This document shows positions 10,050 to 19,758 of a stretch of DNA of 64,000 bases, in pieces. The DNA is taken from the sequence record LC819007.1. One strand, written 5' to 3'. Numbering within the stretch: position 1 is the stretch's first letter; each line of letters opens with the position of its first letter. The position numbers were made by a program, and so were the translations under genes. The notes beneath the pieces are model-generated. The model ran no database searches and was not told the DNA's origin. It saw nothing but the letters and a program-made list of their open reading frames with translations.

Positions 10050-10499
10050 TCACCTGACTACACAACGTTTCACGTAGTCCGCGTAAGCTTTCTTCTGCTG
10101 CTCCTGGATGTCCATGATCTGCTTGTGCAGCGCCTTGACATTTCCGAGCGCGACTTCGTTGATTTCCTGCGCACTGCTCGCTTTATCCAGATCCGAGAAA
10201 TCGACTCTCACGGGATCAGGAATGGCGGGGGGTTGATACGGTCCGCAATTGGGCCGGATCTTACTGTTGCCCGTTACCACGACGGGACGCACCACCGTCG
10301 GCTCTGAGGCCGGGTTAGGCAGTGTCTGCTTGACTTCGGTCTTATCTTCCGTGGCAATCGAGCCCAGTAATACATTCTGGGTGACTGTGGTCTCCGTGCG
10401 GAACTTCGGATCGTAGTGAGTGGTACGGTAGGTATTGATCGTGCACCCCGTAAGGAGGATACCTACCATGAGTTTTAGTGATACGCGAATCATTGTCAA
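10050..10499 (-). CDS. lipoprotein
   Basis: Lipobox ILLTGC after a short signal; C-terminal coiled coil. Confidence 0.65.
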   Translation of the reverse strand: MTMIRVSLKLMVGILLTGCTINTYRTTHYDPKFRTETTVTQNVLLGSIATEDKTEVKQTLPNPASEPTVVRPVVVTGNSKIRPNCGPYQPPAIPDPVRVDFSDLDKASSAQEINEVALGNVKALHKQIMDIQEQQKKAYADYVKRCVVR

Positions 10500-10909
10500 C
10501 GGCTCCCGTAAAGGACTTTGAGTTCCCTCACGGTTTGCTCGTACAGCGCATCGCGTTCCGATGGCGGCCGAGGGATAGTGGGGAGTTCTTTCTTCTCCGC
10601 CGTCGGCGCCTGATGCGGTTCCACCTGCTCGTCCTGCCGCGGTGCCAGCACCGCCAACTTAGAAACAACCTTGTAATTGATAAACAAGGAGAGCATCAAA
10701 ACCATCAACATGATGGTGAGGAACCGCCGGGACGACTGCATCCGGTCTACGCACCAGCGTGCGGCGGAAGAAGCAAATTGCATTTTCTTGCGGTCCTGCG
10801 TTTTACCCGTAGTGCGCTCTTTGGAAGCGTCTGTATCTTTGATTTTATCGCCGACAAACATTTCTTTCAAAAAGGGCCATAGGCTAACAAGTAGCTGAAT
10901 GAAAGCCAT
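10496..10909 (-). CDS. membrane protein
   Basis: Hydrophobic helix FLTIMLMVLMLSLFINY; 4-nt overlap with the lipoprotein gene. Confidence 0.65.
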   Translation of the reverse strand: MAFIQLLVSLWPFLKEMFVGDKIKDTDASKERTTGKTQDRKKMQFASSAARWCVDRMQSSRRFLTIMLMVLMLSLFINYKVVSKLAVLAPRQDEQVEPHQAPTAEKKELPTIPRPPSERDALYEQTVRELKVLYGSR

Positions 10910-10992
10910 GAAAGCTCCTTAATTCTGTGTGTTCGACCAGCTAAACTCCTGGTCTCGAAATACTCCCCGTTAAGCGAATTGGAGATCTAACA

Positions 10993-12321
10993 ATGTACTC
11001 AACCAAAAGCTTTTGCAACGTGTTTGCATTTGCTTCGAATGAGCCGGGAGTCGTGACCCCGATCGGCGAATTGACGACGTATGCCGAAACATTCACGAAG
11101 GAATTGGGTGTGTACCACCACACCAGCCTCGATGGTTACGATCTGCTGAACTTCAGCAGCGCAACCGATGGGGTGAAAAAAGCGGTATCCCAGACGATTG
11201 TTGACCAAGCCATCGGCCTGGTCGATCTCGTCGTCCGCGCAACTCTGGGGACGTCGGGCGAACTCTACTACGACGAAATCCTGACGCAAGTCAAGGCAAA
11301 GGCGGAGACGCTCACCGCCAACGCTGTGGACATGGGCCCGATGGTTAATGCGGGCGCATGGTGGGTCCCGGAGTGGATCTCCTGGAGCGATGCGACAGCG
11401 GGTGCTGCGGACAACACCAACAAAGTGTGGCTGGGCCTGGATGCTTTCAAGAACCAGTACACCGACTACGAAATCGTGGTGGTGCCGCCGCTGGACAACC
11501 TGGACCAGTTCTTCAATCCGGGCTCCATCGTTGAGAGCCTGATTGCAGCTATCACGCCGTCTCAAATGATGGATCGTGCTGAAACCGCGAAAAACGGTTT
11601 TCCGGCGACGGTCACGCGGACTGATCCGTACGAATACCTGGACCCGGTGAATACCTCGCGCCATTTCGATGTCTATTGGACCGTGGTGATCTACGGTCCG
11701 GCAGGCAACGATCCGGACATCATCCGCGACGCGTTGGTGAACTACATCCTGGCACACTCCACGCACAGCCGTGACGAGTGGGCGACGATCTTCCCGGACA
11801 TCTTCAAGCGCACCGAGTTCGTGTTCGCACCGCTGTGGGACAGCTTCGCTTCCGAGCAGAGCGTGTTTCGCTACGGCATCTACAGCCCGATCGTCGACAA
11901 CGGCAAGTGCGTGGACTGGCTGACGGAATACGCCGACGGCTACACCGCGGACCAGATCAAATCGGTCTCGCAATTGCTGGGCTTCCCGTACCGTTCGTTG
12001 CAAGTGCCGGTGGTGGGCAATATCGAGAACCGCGATGGCAAGATGCGGATCACCGATTACTACCCCGACTTCATCAACGTGGGTTCCGACTCCACCGACT
12101 TCGGTCGTATGTCGATCCCGACCCAGCAATGGGCACAGGTGATGATGTCACTGATCATCACGGCCGAGTCGCTCACCAACGCCACCGATATGCCCAAGGG
12201 CATGTACCGCGTCACGCGCGGCTCGCTCGTCTACGTGGGTCAGACCTTTAACCGTCTGTTGCTGCTGGTGCTGGCCAAGTCCAACATCCCGCCCGCAACG
12301 ACTACGCCGCAAGGCCAGTAA
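10993..12321 (+). CDS. virion structural protein (phiKZ-like)
   Basis: 442 aa, strong codon bias, sits in the structural block before the spike gene. Confidence 0.6.
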   Translation: MYSTKSFCNVFAFASNEPGVVTPIGELTTYAETFTKELGVYHHTSLDGYDLLNFSSATDGVKKAVSQTIVDQAIGLVDLVVRATLGTSGELYYDEILTQVKAKAETLTANAVDMGPMVNAGAWWVPEWISWSDATAGAADNTNKVWLGLDAFKNQYTDYEIVVVPPLDNLDQFFNPGSIVESLIAAITPSQMMDRAETAKNGFPATVTRTDPYEYLDPVNTSRHFDVYWTVVIYGPAGNDPDIIRDALVNYILAHSTHSRDEWATIFPDIFKRTEFVFAPLWDSFASEQSVFRYGIYSPIVDNGKCVDWLTEYADGYTADQIKSVSQLLGFPYRSLQVPVVGNIENRDGKMRITDYYPDFINVGSDSTDFGRMSIPTQQWAQVMMSLIITAESLTNATDMPKGMYRVTRGSLVYVGQTFNRLLLLVLAKSNIPPATTTPQGQ

Positions 12322-12333
12322 TAGGAGGCCGAC

Positions 12334-12951
12334 ATGGCACTGCTCCCACCGATCGGCACCGCGGGGATCTACAAGCTCAAGGCGCCGTTTGATGTTCAGC
12401 TGCAGCCCAACACGTCGTACCGGGCAGACTCCGCTCGTCGTGTGTCCGATTATCTGGAACTCGGCGTCGATCCGTTCGAAGAGTTCTACGACAAGTACGG
12501 GATTCCCAAAGAGACCTACGACGCGGACGTCCAGAACCAGGTCGTGATTGTCGGTCTGGTCTCTGCTGCGAATCAGTGGGTGTACGTGCCGTCGACGTAC
12601 ATCCTCTCCTATCCGGATCTGAATGGCATCGCGTACAACGTGATGGTGCTTGGACTGGAACTGGGGGCGATTCCGCAGTACATGGATCTCACGGGACTGA
12701 AGAACGCGCTGGCGAACCTGGCACGTGACACGATTGGGGTGAACCCCACGGTGAAAGAAGTGGTGATCTCGGCGGTGTCTAAGCTTTCCCAGGCGGACCA
12801 CGATGCGCTGGAGTCAGCACGTCAAGCACTGATCACCAACTCCACCACTGACCGGGCCAAGTATCTGGCGTTGCAGGCGCAGTACGCGACTTTGCAGCAA
12901 CAGTACCAAGCCCTCGAAGCGTGGGTGAAGGCAAACGTACCGGGCGCGTAA
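12334..12951 (+). CDS. probable virion structural protein
   Basis: 205 aa, RBS aggagg, C-terminal coiled coil. Confidence 0.55.
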   Translation: MALLPPIGTAGIYKLKAPFDVQLQPNTSYRADSARRVSDYLELGVDPFEEFYDKYGIPKETYDADVQNQVVIVGLVSAANQWVYVPSTYILSYPDLNGIAYNVMVLGLELGAIPQYMDLTGLKNALANLARDTIGVNPTVKEVVISAVSKLSQADHDALESARQALITNSTTDRAKYLALQAQYATLQQQYQALEAWVKANVPGA

Positions 12952-12957
12952 CGCAAC

Positions 12958-12998
12958 GACATAAAGGCCAGGTGGTTTCCCACCTGGCCGATATGCCG
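12958..12998. terminator. bidirectional hairpin terminator
   Basis: gacataaa-ggccaggtgg-tttc-ccacctggcc-gatatgccg. Confidence 0.75.
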
Positions 12999-13008
12999 TC
13001 TAAACGGC

Positions 13009-13980
13009 TTAGTGAGGAACGTTGGACAAGCCCGAGCCATCACCGACAAATTTCGTCGCGTTGACCGTGCCATTGAACGTAGCACCCTGAGTAGCTTGGA
13101 TTTCGCCATTCAGCTGAATCGTACCCGAACCTGCTGCTCCGGAGACACCCGACTTCATACCGCCGCCGAGCGTGAGGTTGGCCCCAACGATCGCATCGGT
13201 CCCGACTTGCAGGATTTCCGTTGCGATCGTCTTAGGCGTGATGAACTCAACCTCTTTGGGGGACTTGATGTACGCACCCCCATTCGCCAACACAGAGAAC
13301 GTGCCCTGCACTTTGACGTTCATGTTACCTGGGACGTTGATATTCAGGTCCTGATCGAACATGTCCCATGAACAATCGGACGCTGTTTTCAACACCAGCC
13401 GCTTCGCAGCCGAATCCATGAAGACGACATTCTGGATGGTATCGAGGAACTGGAAGATTCCGTCCTTGGTGTTGAGCATCAGGTCGTACCCATACGGCTC
13501 ATCGTTGCTCTGTGAGGTATGGAAGTGTACAAGACCTTTGTGGGTGGAGATCTCCAGGAAGTACGTGGTGTCTTCCGTGGTGCCGTCGCCCTCCGCCTTG
13601 GTGCCGCTAAATGCCCAGATAACCGTCTCCAGCTTGCGCAGATTCGGGTCATACTCTAGCTCACTCCAGTAATATTTGTCTGCATCCGCGAACTTCCAGA
13701 TACAGACCTTCTCCCCACGGCGCACGTCCGGGGAAGTCTTACGGTTGGAACCAAAGGGCAGCCAGCGGGCCGTGAGCGTATTGGCGTCGCGGACGGTGGA
13801 TTCAAAGGACGCACCATCCGCGTCCGTACCTTTTACGTTTTGGGAATTGAGGTTATCGGTCAACTCCCCATTGTTCATGGGCACCTTCTCCATCGGGGTG
13901 ACCTGAATCTCGTTCGACTTCAGTGACTTGTTAGCTGCCACCACGCCGTACGAGTACATCTGCAGTTTGCTTGCTTCCAT
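13009..13980 (-). CDS. baseplate central spike protein (phiKZ gp164-like)
   Basis: N-terminal OB-like region (WLPFGSNRKTSPDVRRGEKV), beta-helix-like repeats, terminal GDGSGLSNVPH; divergent from SbcC. Confidence 0.6.
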   Translation of the reverse strand: MEASKLQMYSYGVVAANKSLKSNEIQVTPMEKVPMNNGELTDNLNSQNVKGTDADGASFESTVRDANTLTARWLPFGSNRKTSPDVRRGEKVCIWKFADADKYYWSELEYDPNLRKLETVIWAFSGTKAEGDGTTEDTTYFLEISTHKGLVHFHTSQSNDEPYGYDLMLNTKDGIFQFLDTIQNVVFMDSAAKRLVLKTASDCSWDMFDQDLNINVPGNMNVKVQGTFSVLANGGAYIKSPKEVEFITPKTIATEILQVGTDAIVGANLTLGGGMKSGVSGAAGSGTIQLNGEIQATQGATFNGTVNATKFVGDGSGLSNVPH

Positions 13981-14068
13981 TCGGTACTCGTCTGATGAAA
14001 GTAGAAATTGACACTTTCGGGGAATCTGATGTTGGCAGTTTGCACCAAAATCTCAAAGAATTAACCCA

Positions 14069-16558
14069 ATGAAAATCCTGGAACTCGAACTCGACCTGTA
14101 TAAGCGTCTGCCGGTGAACTATATCCGGCACTTCAAGTTGACGCTGAAAGAAATCGTCCAGTTGATTCTGGGCACCAATGGCTCGGGCAAAAGCTCGATT
14201 CTCTTCGAACTCTCTCCGTTGCCAGCGGACAAGAACTTTTACCAGAAGGGCGGCAGGAAACGTATCCTGATCTCGCACCTGGGCAAGATGTACGAACTGA
14301 TCTCGGACTTCAAGGACGGTCAGGACCATTACTTCTACGTGGACGGCGAGAACCTGAACATCGGTCGCACTGTGACGATCCAGAAGGAACTGGTCAAGGA
14401 GCATTTCGGCGTCACCAACGAGACACGCGAGATCCTGCTGGGCGATGAGAAGTTCACCGAGATGTCGTCGGCTCGTCGCCGGGAAGTCTTTACGTTGCTG
14501 TGTGTGGTGGATTACACCTACGCGATCAAGCTGTACCAGAAGATCCAGACCGCGATGCGGGACGATCACGGCACGATCAAGAATCTGAAGAAGCGACTGG
14601 CCACGGAAACGGCCAATGCACTGAAGGAAGAAGAAGTCGCGATTATGCGCAACCGGCTGGCAGAGCTGAACCGGGAATCGCAGTCGATGTACATGCTGCG
14701 TAACGCCAATGCCCCGAGTATGCTCGAAGCGAAGTCGGTCGCCGAAGCGGTGAAGCAGACTATCGACGAACTCTTCAACAAGTTCCGCAGTGTGCGGGCG
14801 GTGTTGCGGGATAAGTGCTATATCACGCCGGACGAATACCAGCAAGACATTGATTCACTGCGTGCGGAGCTTCACGGCGTCGATGGCATGTACGCGCGGG
14901 CCTCGGAAGAGTTCATGAAAGCCGTGGCGGAAGTCGAATCGGTGTCGGGTTTGGAGGACGAAGACGTCACCAAACTGCAGGATGACATCATTGCTGCGAA
15001 TAAGAAGGCGCAAGAGCTCCTAGAAACGCGTAAGAAGCCGCTGGAGGGCTTCAAAGCACTCGCGGCGTCCCAATCCATGGAGTTGGTCTACGAATCGCTC
15101 TACAGCGTTCTGACGGACCTTCCTGCCGATCCCGATGGAATGATGACTTCGCAGGCGCTGGGTGAAGTCACGGACAAATTGCGTGAGTTGGAGTTGTCGC
15201 TCTCGGCGAACAAAGAGAAGCTCGCGGGCTTTGAGCACCGGGAGAAGCATCTGGTGGAACTCGCTTCTGCTGACGCCGTGAGTTGTCCGAAGTGCGAGCA
15301 CTCGTTCAAGATGGGCTACACCGAAACCGAACACACTACGCTTAAGCAACGCATCGCCAGCGGGCAAGGTTTCCTGGGTACGCTTAGCAAGCAGATCGCC
15401 GAGTACAAGGAGCAGCATGAGAAGCTGAGCAATTATGCGAACCTGTACAAGGAGTACGTCCGTATCACGCGTAACACGCCGGAGCTTCAGCCGTTGTGGG
15501 ATCTGATTGTCGAGGAAGATCAACTGCGTCGTTCACCGCAGCATTGTCTGACCTTGATCGAACTGGTGCGTAGCGACTTGCGCATCGAGATGCACGTCTC
15601 AGCGATCCGTGAAAAGATCCAGACGGACATGCAGCGTTTGAAACTCGCGCAGTACGCGCAGTCGGAAGCAGTGAAGGGCAAGAAGAAACGCCTGGAGCAG
15701 TTGGAGGAAGAGATCGGTCGCTACTCCAAGCGCAAGGCGTACCTGCAGGATCAGGTGAACGTGCTCGTGATGACTCAGCGACAGATCAAGCACATGTACG
15801 AGCTTGGCGATCGCATGGGTCAGGCTAAGAAGGATCTGAGCCAGGCGAGCATTGGTGTCATCGATGCGGTAAAGAACGAAATCATCGACGAAGCCTTGGC
15901 CGATACGCACCGGGAGATTGCTACACTGTCCACCCGTGTGAATTCGATCAACCAGCACGAAGCACTGATTGAAGACCTGAAGCAACAGATCGCCAAGACA
16001 GAGAAGTCGGAGAAAGCTCACAAGGCCCTCTCGGATGCACTCTCGCCGGTGGATGGTCTGATCGCAGAAGGCATGCTGGGCTTCATTCGCAATTACGTAG
16101 CGCGGATGAACGCACTGATCGCTAAGGTCTGGACATACCGGATGGAAGTGCATGACTGTTCGACCGAAGAAGAGTCGGCAGAACTGAACTACAAGTTCCC
16201 TTTGACCGTTGAGCACAACTCAGAACCTGTGCCTGACGTTGCGAAGGGTTCGTCCGGTCAGAAGGAAATGATTGATCTGGCGTTTCGTATCATCGCGGCT
16301 CAGTGTCTCGGTTTGGACAAAGGCCCGCTCTCGCTGGATGAGTTTGGTAAGACGTTTGACGAATCGCACCGCACCGCAGCCACAATGGTGGTGCAGCAGT
16401 TGATCGACCAGCTGAGCTTCTCGCAGCTGTTCATGATCTCCCACTACGAATCGAGCTATGGCGCGTTCTACAACGCCCAGATCTCGGTGATTGATAAACG
16501 CAACATCACTGTGCCGGTCAACCGTAAGTACAACGAGTACACGGAACTGGCGGCCTGA
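14069..16558 (+). CDS. sbcC: SbcC/Rad50-like ATPase (phiKZ gp165-like)
   Basis: Walker A GTNGSGKSS, long coiled coil with CPKC zinc hook, signature SSGQKE, Walker B LSLDE. Confidence 0.9.
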   Translation: MKILELELDLYKRLPVNYIRHFKLTLKEIVQLILGTNGSGKSSILFELSPLPADKNFYQKGGRKRILISHLGKMYELISDFKDGQDHYFYVDGENLNIGRTVTIQKELVKEHFGVTNETREILLGDEKFTEMSSARRREVFTLLCVVDYTYAIKLYQKIQTAMRDDHGTIKNLKKRLATETANALKEEEVAIMRNRLAELNRESQSMYMLRNANAPSMLEAKSVAEAVKQTIDELFNKFRSVRAVLRDKCYITPDEYQQDIDSLRAELHGVDGMYARASEEFMKAVAEVESVSGLEDEDVTKLQDDIIAANKKAQELLETRKKPLEGFKALAASQSMELVYESLYSVLTDLPADPDGMMTSQALGEVTDKLRELELSLSANKEKLAGFEHREKHLVELASADAVSCPKCEHSFKMGYTETEHTTLKQRIASGQGFLGTLSKQIAEYKEQHEKLSNYANLYKEYVRITRNTPELQPLWDLIVEEDQLRRSPQHCLTLIELVRSDLRIEMHVSAIREKIQTDMQRLKLAQYAQSEAVKGKKKRLEQLEEEIGRYSKRKAYLQDQVNVLVMTQRQIKHMYELGDRMGQAKKDLSQASIGVIDAVKNEIIDEALADTHREIATLSTRVNSINQHEALIEDLKQQIAKTEKSEKAHKALSDALSPVDGLIAEGMLGFIRNYVARMNALIAKVWTYRMEVHDCSTEEESAELNYKFPLTVEHNSEPVPDVAKGSSGQKEMIDLAFRIIAAQCLGLDKGPLSLDEFGKTFDESHRTAATMVVQQLIDQLSFSQLFMISHYESSYGAFYNAQISVIDKRNITVPVNRKYNEYTELAA

Positions 16559-16712
16559 GGAAGCCATGAAAGCCACGAAGTCCCGCAACAATCAAGGTAA
16601 TGAACTGGTGATGCAACTGCCGGTGCTGATGTTTCTGATTTACATGGTCCTTGCGGCCGTGGCGTATTGGAGGGGCTGGTGGCCTTTTGGCTGACCCGAT
16701 AAGGACAAGAAG

Positions 16713-17132
16713 ATGAAAGGAAAAGTCACTAAGGCGGGGTTTCCACTGCGTATCCGGAAAGCACAAGTCGCCTGGAATACGGAACTGATGATTCGGCGAC
16801 GGCGACAGCTGGAAGCAGACATTGCGCGCGATCTTCACCGCAGTGCTGTTCTTGAACGTCAGGGTCGGATCGCAGCGGCTCGCGAGGCACGTCTTGCTCG
16901 CGAGAAAGCCGAAGAGGCGCGTGAAGAGTGTTTCGACTTCAAGAACAACATGGTCGCTCAGACCAGTGGAACGTTCACCTGGCTACGCACTGGCAGGTTG
17001 CTGACGATGAACGAGGCGCGTGCTTACATCGTTCATCGTCAGAAGCAGGATACGCTCAGAATGCTCGGCATTATCTTCGGCGTGTTTACAGCCGGTGCTT
17101 CGGTATCCGCGCTGGTTCTGAAATGGTTTTGA
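16713..17132 (+). CDS. hypothetical protein with C-terminal TM helix
   Basis: 139 aa; hydrophobic end. Confidence 0.55.
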   Translation: MKGKVTKAGFPLRIRKAQVAWNTELMIRRRRQLEADIARDLHRSAVLERQGRIAAAREARLAREKAEEAREECFDFKNNMVAQTSGTFTWLRTGRLLTMNEARAYIVHRQKQDTLRMLGIIFGVFTAGASVSALVLKWF

Positions 17133-17145
17133 TAAGGAGAAGAAG

Positions 17146-17610
17146 GTGGCCAAGTTAAGCCACACCGGTGTCAAAGTGCTACGACATCGCAAGCGAGAAA
17201 TAGCGGCGGCTAATGAGCAGCGTCGCTATCAGCGTCAGGTGGAGCGGTTGACCACCACGTGGGACGTGGATGAAATTATCCGTTGCGACCCACGCACGCG
17301 TGAGGCAGTTGCTCAGATGGCAGCCTGTGACCAGCGTTTTGTCGGAGTAGTGGCAATTGCGCGGGAGCCGGGCCAGAGCGTAGTGGAAACACTACAACTG
17401 GATGGGGTGGCGGTGCTCCGGTTCAGTAACGGCATTTATCGCTGGGGTAACTCGGGCGAAATCCTCACCGTGAAAGAACTGGATCGACTGCTTGATTATG
17501 GTCATCCGTGGCGTGACGCGGTCGTCATCGTTTTGGTGGTGATCGTTATCGCTGGGTTGCTGGGGTTGATTCTTCAGCAACGTTTCTTTCCCAAACTGCC
17601 ATGGTTTTAA
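17146..17610 (+). CDS. hypothetical protein with C-terminal TM helix
   Basis: GTG start with RBS; AVVIVLVVIVIAGLLGLIL. Confidence 0.55.
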   Translation: MAKLSHTGVKVLRHRKREIAAANEQRRYQRQVERLTTTWDVDEIIRCDPRTREAVAQMAACDQRFVGVVAIAREPGQSVVETLQLDGVAVLRFSNGIYRWGNSGEILTVKELDRLLDYGHPWRDAVVIVLVVIVIAGLLGLILQQRFFPKLPWF

Positions 17611-17699
17611 ATCTGCACACTCCGCTTATTCTGCTTGGACTTCTGGTCGGGGGATTCGTTCTGTTTCTCGTCGACCTTTTTTCTGGGCCGATTTAAGGC

Positions 17700-17737
17700 G
17701 TCATAAGGGCCGGGGTTACCCCCGGCCTTTTATGCCG
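17700..17737. terminator. bidirectional hairpin terminator
   Basis: cataag-ggccgggg-ttac-ccccggcc-ttttatgccg. Confidence 0.75.
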
Positions 17738-17742
17738 TCGCG

Positions 17743-18291
17743 TTAGGGCGCCACGTACTCGTTGAAACCATCGAGGTTTTGGTTCTGAATCAGCGCACCA
17801 CCTTCGAGCAACTCGGTGTTGACCGTGAAGGTCTTGCCATTGATCCAGAGCAGCGACTTCGGGTCAGCCTGCAGCGTGATCCCTGCATACACCTGGTCGA
17901 GCGTCGTGTACTCGTAGTCGATGATATCCGCGAGTGCAATCGGATACGGCATCAGCGCGTTGATCTGATCGAGGATGTCCGACATCTTGAACGGCAGATG
18001 CGAGGGCGTCACTGCGCTCAGATCGCTTTCGCTGGTGTGATTCAGGATACAGCGCCGACGGTACAGAAAGCCCGAACCCTTGGCCCAGAAGCGTGCATCG
18101 TACTGGATGTCGACCTGAGCGGGGATGAACGTATTCGGATCGAGATCCAGATCCTTGCGGGGATCGACTTGCGAAGGATCGCCGAACTTGACCTTCTCCA
18201 GCGGGATGGTTTGACCCGTCGCCTCGTAGATCAAGTACAGCAGAACCTGTTCACGACTTTTCCCTACGTCGTGTTCGTCGATAACAACCAT
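17743..18291 (-). CDS. probable virion structural protein
   Basis: 182 aa; C-terminal NLDGF ending is typical of jumbo-phage virion proteins. Confidence 0.55.
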   Translation of the reverse strand: MVVIDEHDVGKSREQVLLYLIYEATGQTIPLEKVKFGDPSQVDPRKDLDLDPNTFIPAQVDIQYDARFWAKGSGFLYRRRCILNHTSESDLSAVTPSHLPFKMSDILDQINALMPYPIALADIIDYEYTTLDQVYAGITLQADPKSLLWINGKTFTVNTELLEGGALIQNQNLDGFNEYVAP

Positions 18292-18308
18292 GATTTCTCC
18301 AGGGAGTG

Positions 18309-19565
18309 CTAAGTGTTGGGCGTGATCACAATCTTCTCGGACTCGATGTTCAAGAAGTATGCGTAGCTGTACGATTCCCGACCAATGGGCCGACGGTTAT
18401 CCGCAGGCATCGGCGCCTCCTCAGGGGGCGTTGTATGGTACAGGCGATGGCTGTAGATATTGTCGCCTACCGAGAGAGACCACACGCCGTCGTCCTCTTG
18501 CGGCCAGTACGGCCAGAGCAAACCGAAACCACCCAGCATCGGCAGGGTCGGTTCTTCGTAGGTCAGGTACTGTTTGGCGAGCTGGGTCGGCGCAATCTGG
18601 GTGCGCTCCACCACTACGTTGGGGCTGTCGATAAAGACCAGGAAGCTTTGCGAGAGGGTCATCCACTTGGTCAGCACTTCGTCGCTGAACAACTGAGCCC
18701 GGGAGATCTGCATGTCGTGGGCGCCGTTGTAATCCAGGCCCAGTGGTGACAGATCGATGAGCTCGCGCGATTCGTAGAAACGATCGAGTAGCGCCACTGT
18801 CTGGGTATCCAGGCAGAAGATGTCCTCCGCGGTGCGGAAGAAGGAAGTGTTGTCGAGCAGGAACAGATACCCACCCATCACCAGCGCACAGGTCTTGCCT
18901 TCTGCCGAAACCGGGCTCTTGATAAAGATCTGATTGGCAAAGGGTTGATCCGGATGGGCCTTGAACAGCATGTCTGCTGTGATCGGCACGAAGGTGAGTT
19001 CCCCGACATCGCGGAAGTTGAGAATCCCCACTTCGTTGCGCCGGCTGAGGTAATTGCTCTTGGCCGCATCGATCACGTAGACGTAAGTGCTGTCCGCATC
19101 GGTGCGGTGAATCAGTCCGTTGATGGAGACCAAGCAATTCTTATAGAAAACGCGGGCGTCCACTCCGGGCTTAGACATCAGGAGTACGTCTGCGTCGTCC
19201 GGATCGGGAATCGTGGTCGGGCTGGTACTGTACTTGCCCCGATCCAACTTATACCCGGCCCACACTGCATCAGCGTACTTGATCTGCCCGGTGGCGATGC
19301 TCGCCAGGCCGTCGGTCGAAGGCAGCGTGGTGTTACCCTGCGCTGCGAAAAACCCGGCGAGTGTTTGAGTCCGGTCGGCAAAGCCTTTGGTGATTTCCCC
19401 AAAGCGCATCGTTTGGTCTTTCGTCCAGAAAGGACTGGAGACCCGCAGATAGGCATCTGTGTACCCGCTGTCGATTTCCGCCAGCGTGAGGGTACTCAGA
19501 TCTACCGCAGCCCAAGCCGTACCGGCCGCCTTGAGTTGCGCAATCGCAGAGACCAGTTGATACAT
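18309..19565 (-). CDS. virion structural (tail/baseplate) protein
   Basis: 418 aa; divergent from the tail fibre genes, as in phiKZ-like phages. Confidence 0.55.
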   Translation of the reverse strand: MYQLVSAIAQLKAAGTAWAAVDLSTLTLAEIDSGYTDAYLRVSSPFWTKDQTMRFGEITKGFADRTQTLAGFFAAQGNTTLPSTDGLASIATGQIKYADAVWAGYKLDRGKYSTSPTTIPDPDDADVLLMSKPGVDARVFYKNCLVSINGLIHRTDADSTYVYVIDAAKSNYLSRRNEVGILNFRDVGELTFVPITADMLFKAHPDQPFANQIFIKSPVSAEGKTCALVMGGYLFLLDNTSFFRTAEDIFCLDTQTVALLDRFYESRELIDLSPLGLDYNGAHDMQISRAQLFSDEVLTKWMTLSQSFLVFIDSPNVVVERTQIAPTQLAKQYLTYEEPTLPMLGGFGLLWPYWPQEDDGVWSLSVGDNIYSHRLYHTTPPEEAPMPADNRRPIGRESYSYAYFLNIESEKIVITPNT

Positions 19566-19758
19566 GAAAAAACTCCGTTAGAGTGCGTTTTTCCGCTTTT
19601 TATGCGGCTTAAAATGGCTCAAATAATGTGATCTACTATTAGGCTAAGTAGTAATTTCTCAAGCGGCCCGAGCCCTCTCTCCCTGTGGGAAAGGGGCGGG
19701 TTGCCGCGTTCGTCTTGGCCGACAGTAGCCCGAGATTCCATGAAAGGACTTTAGTTCA

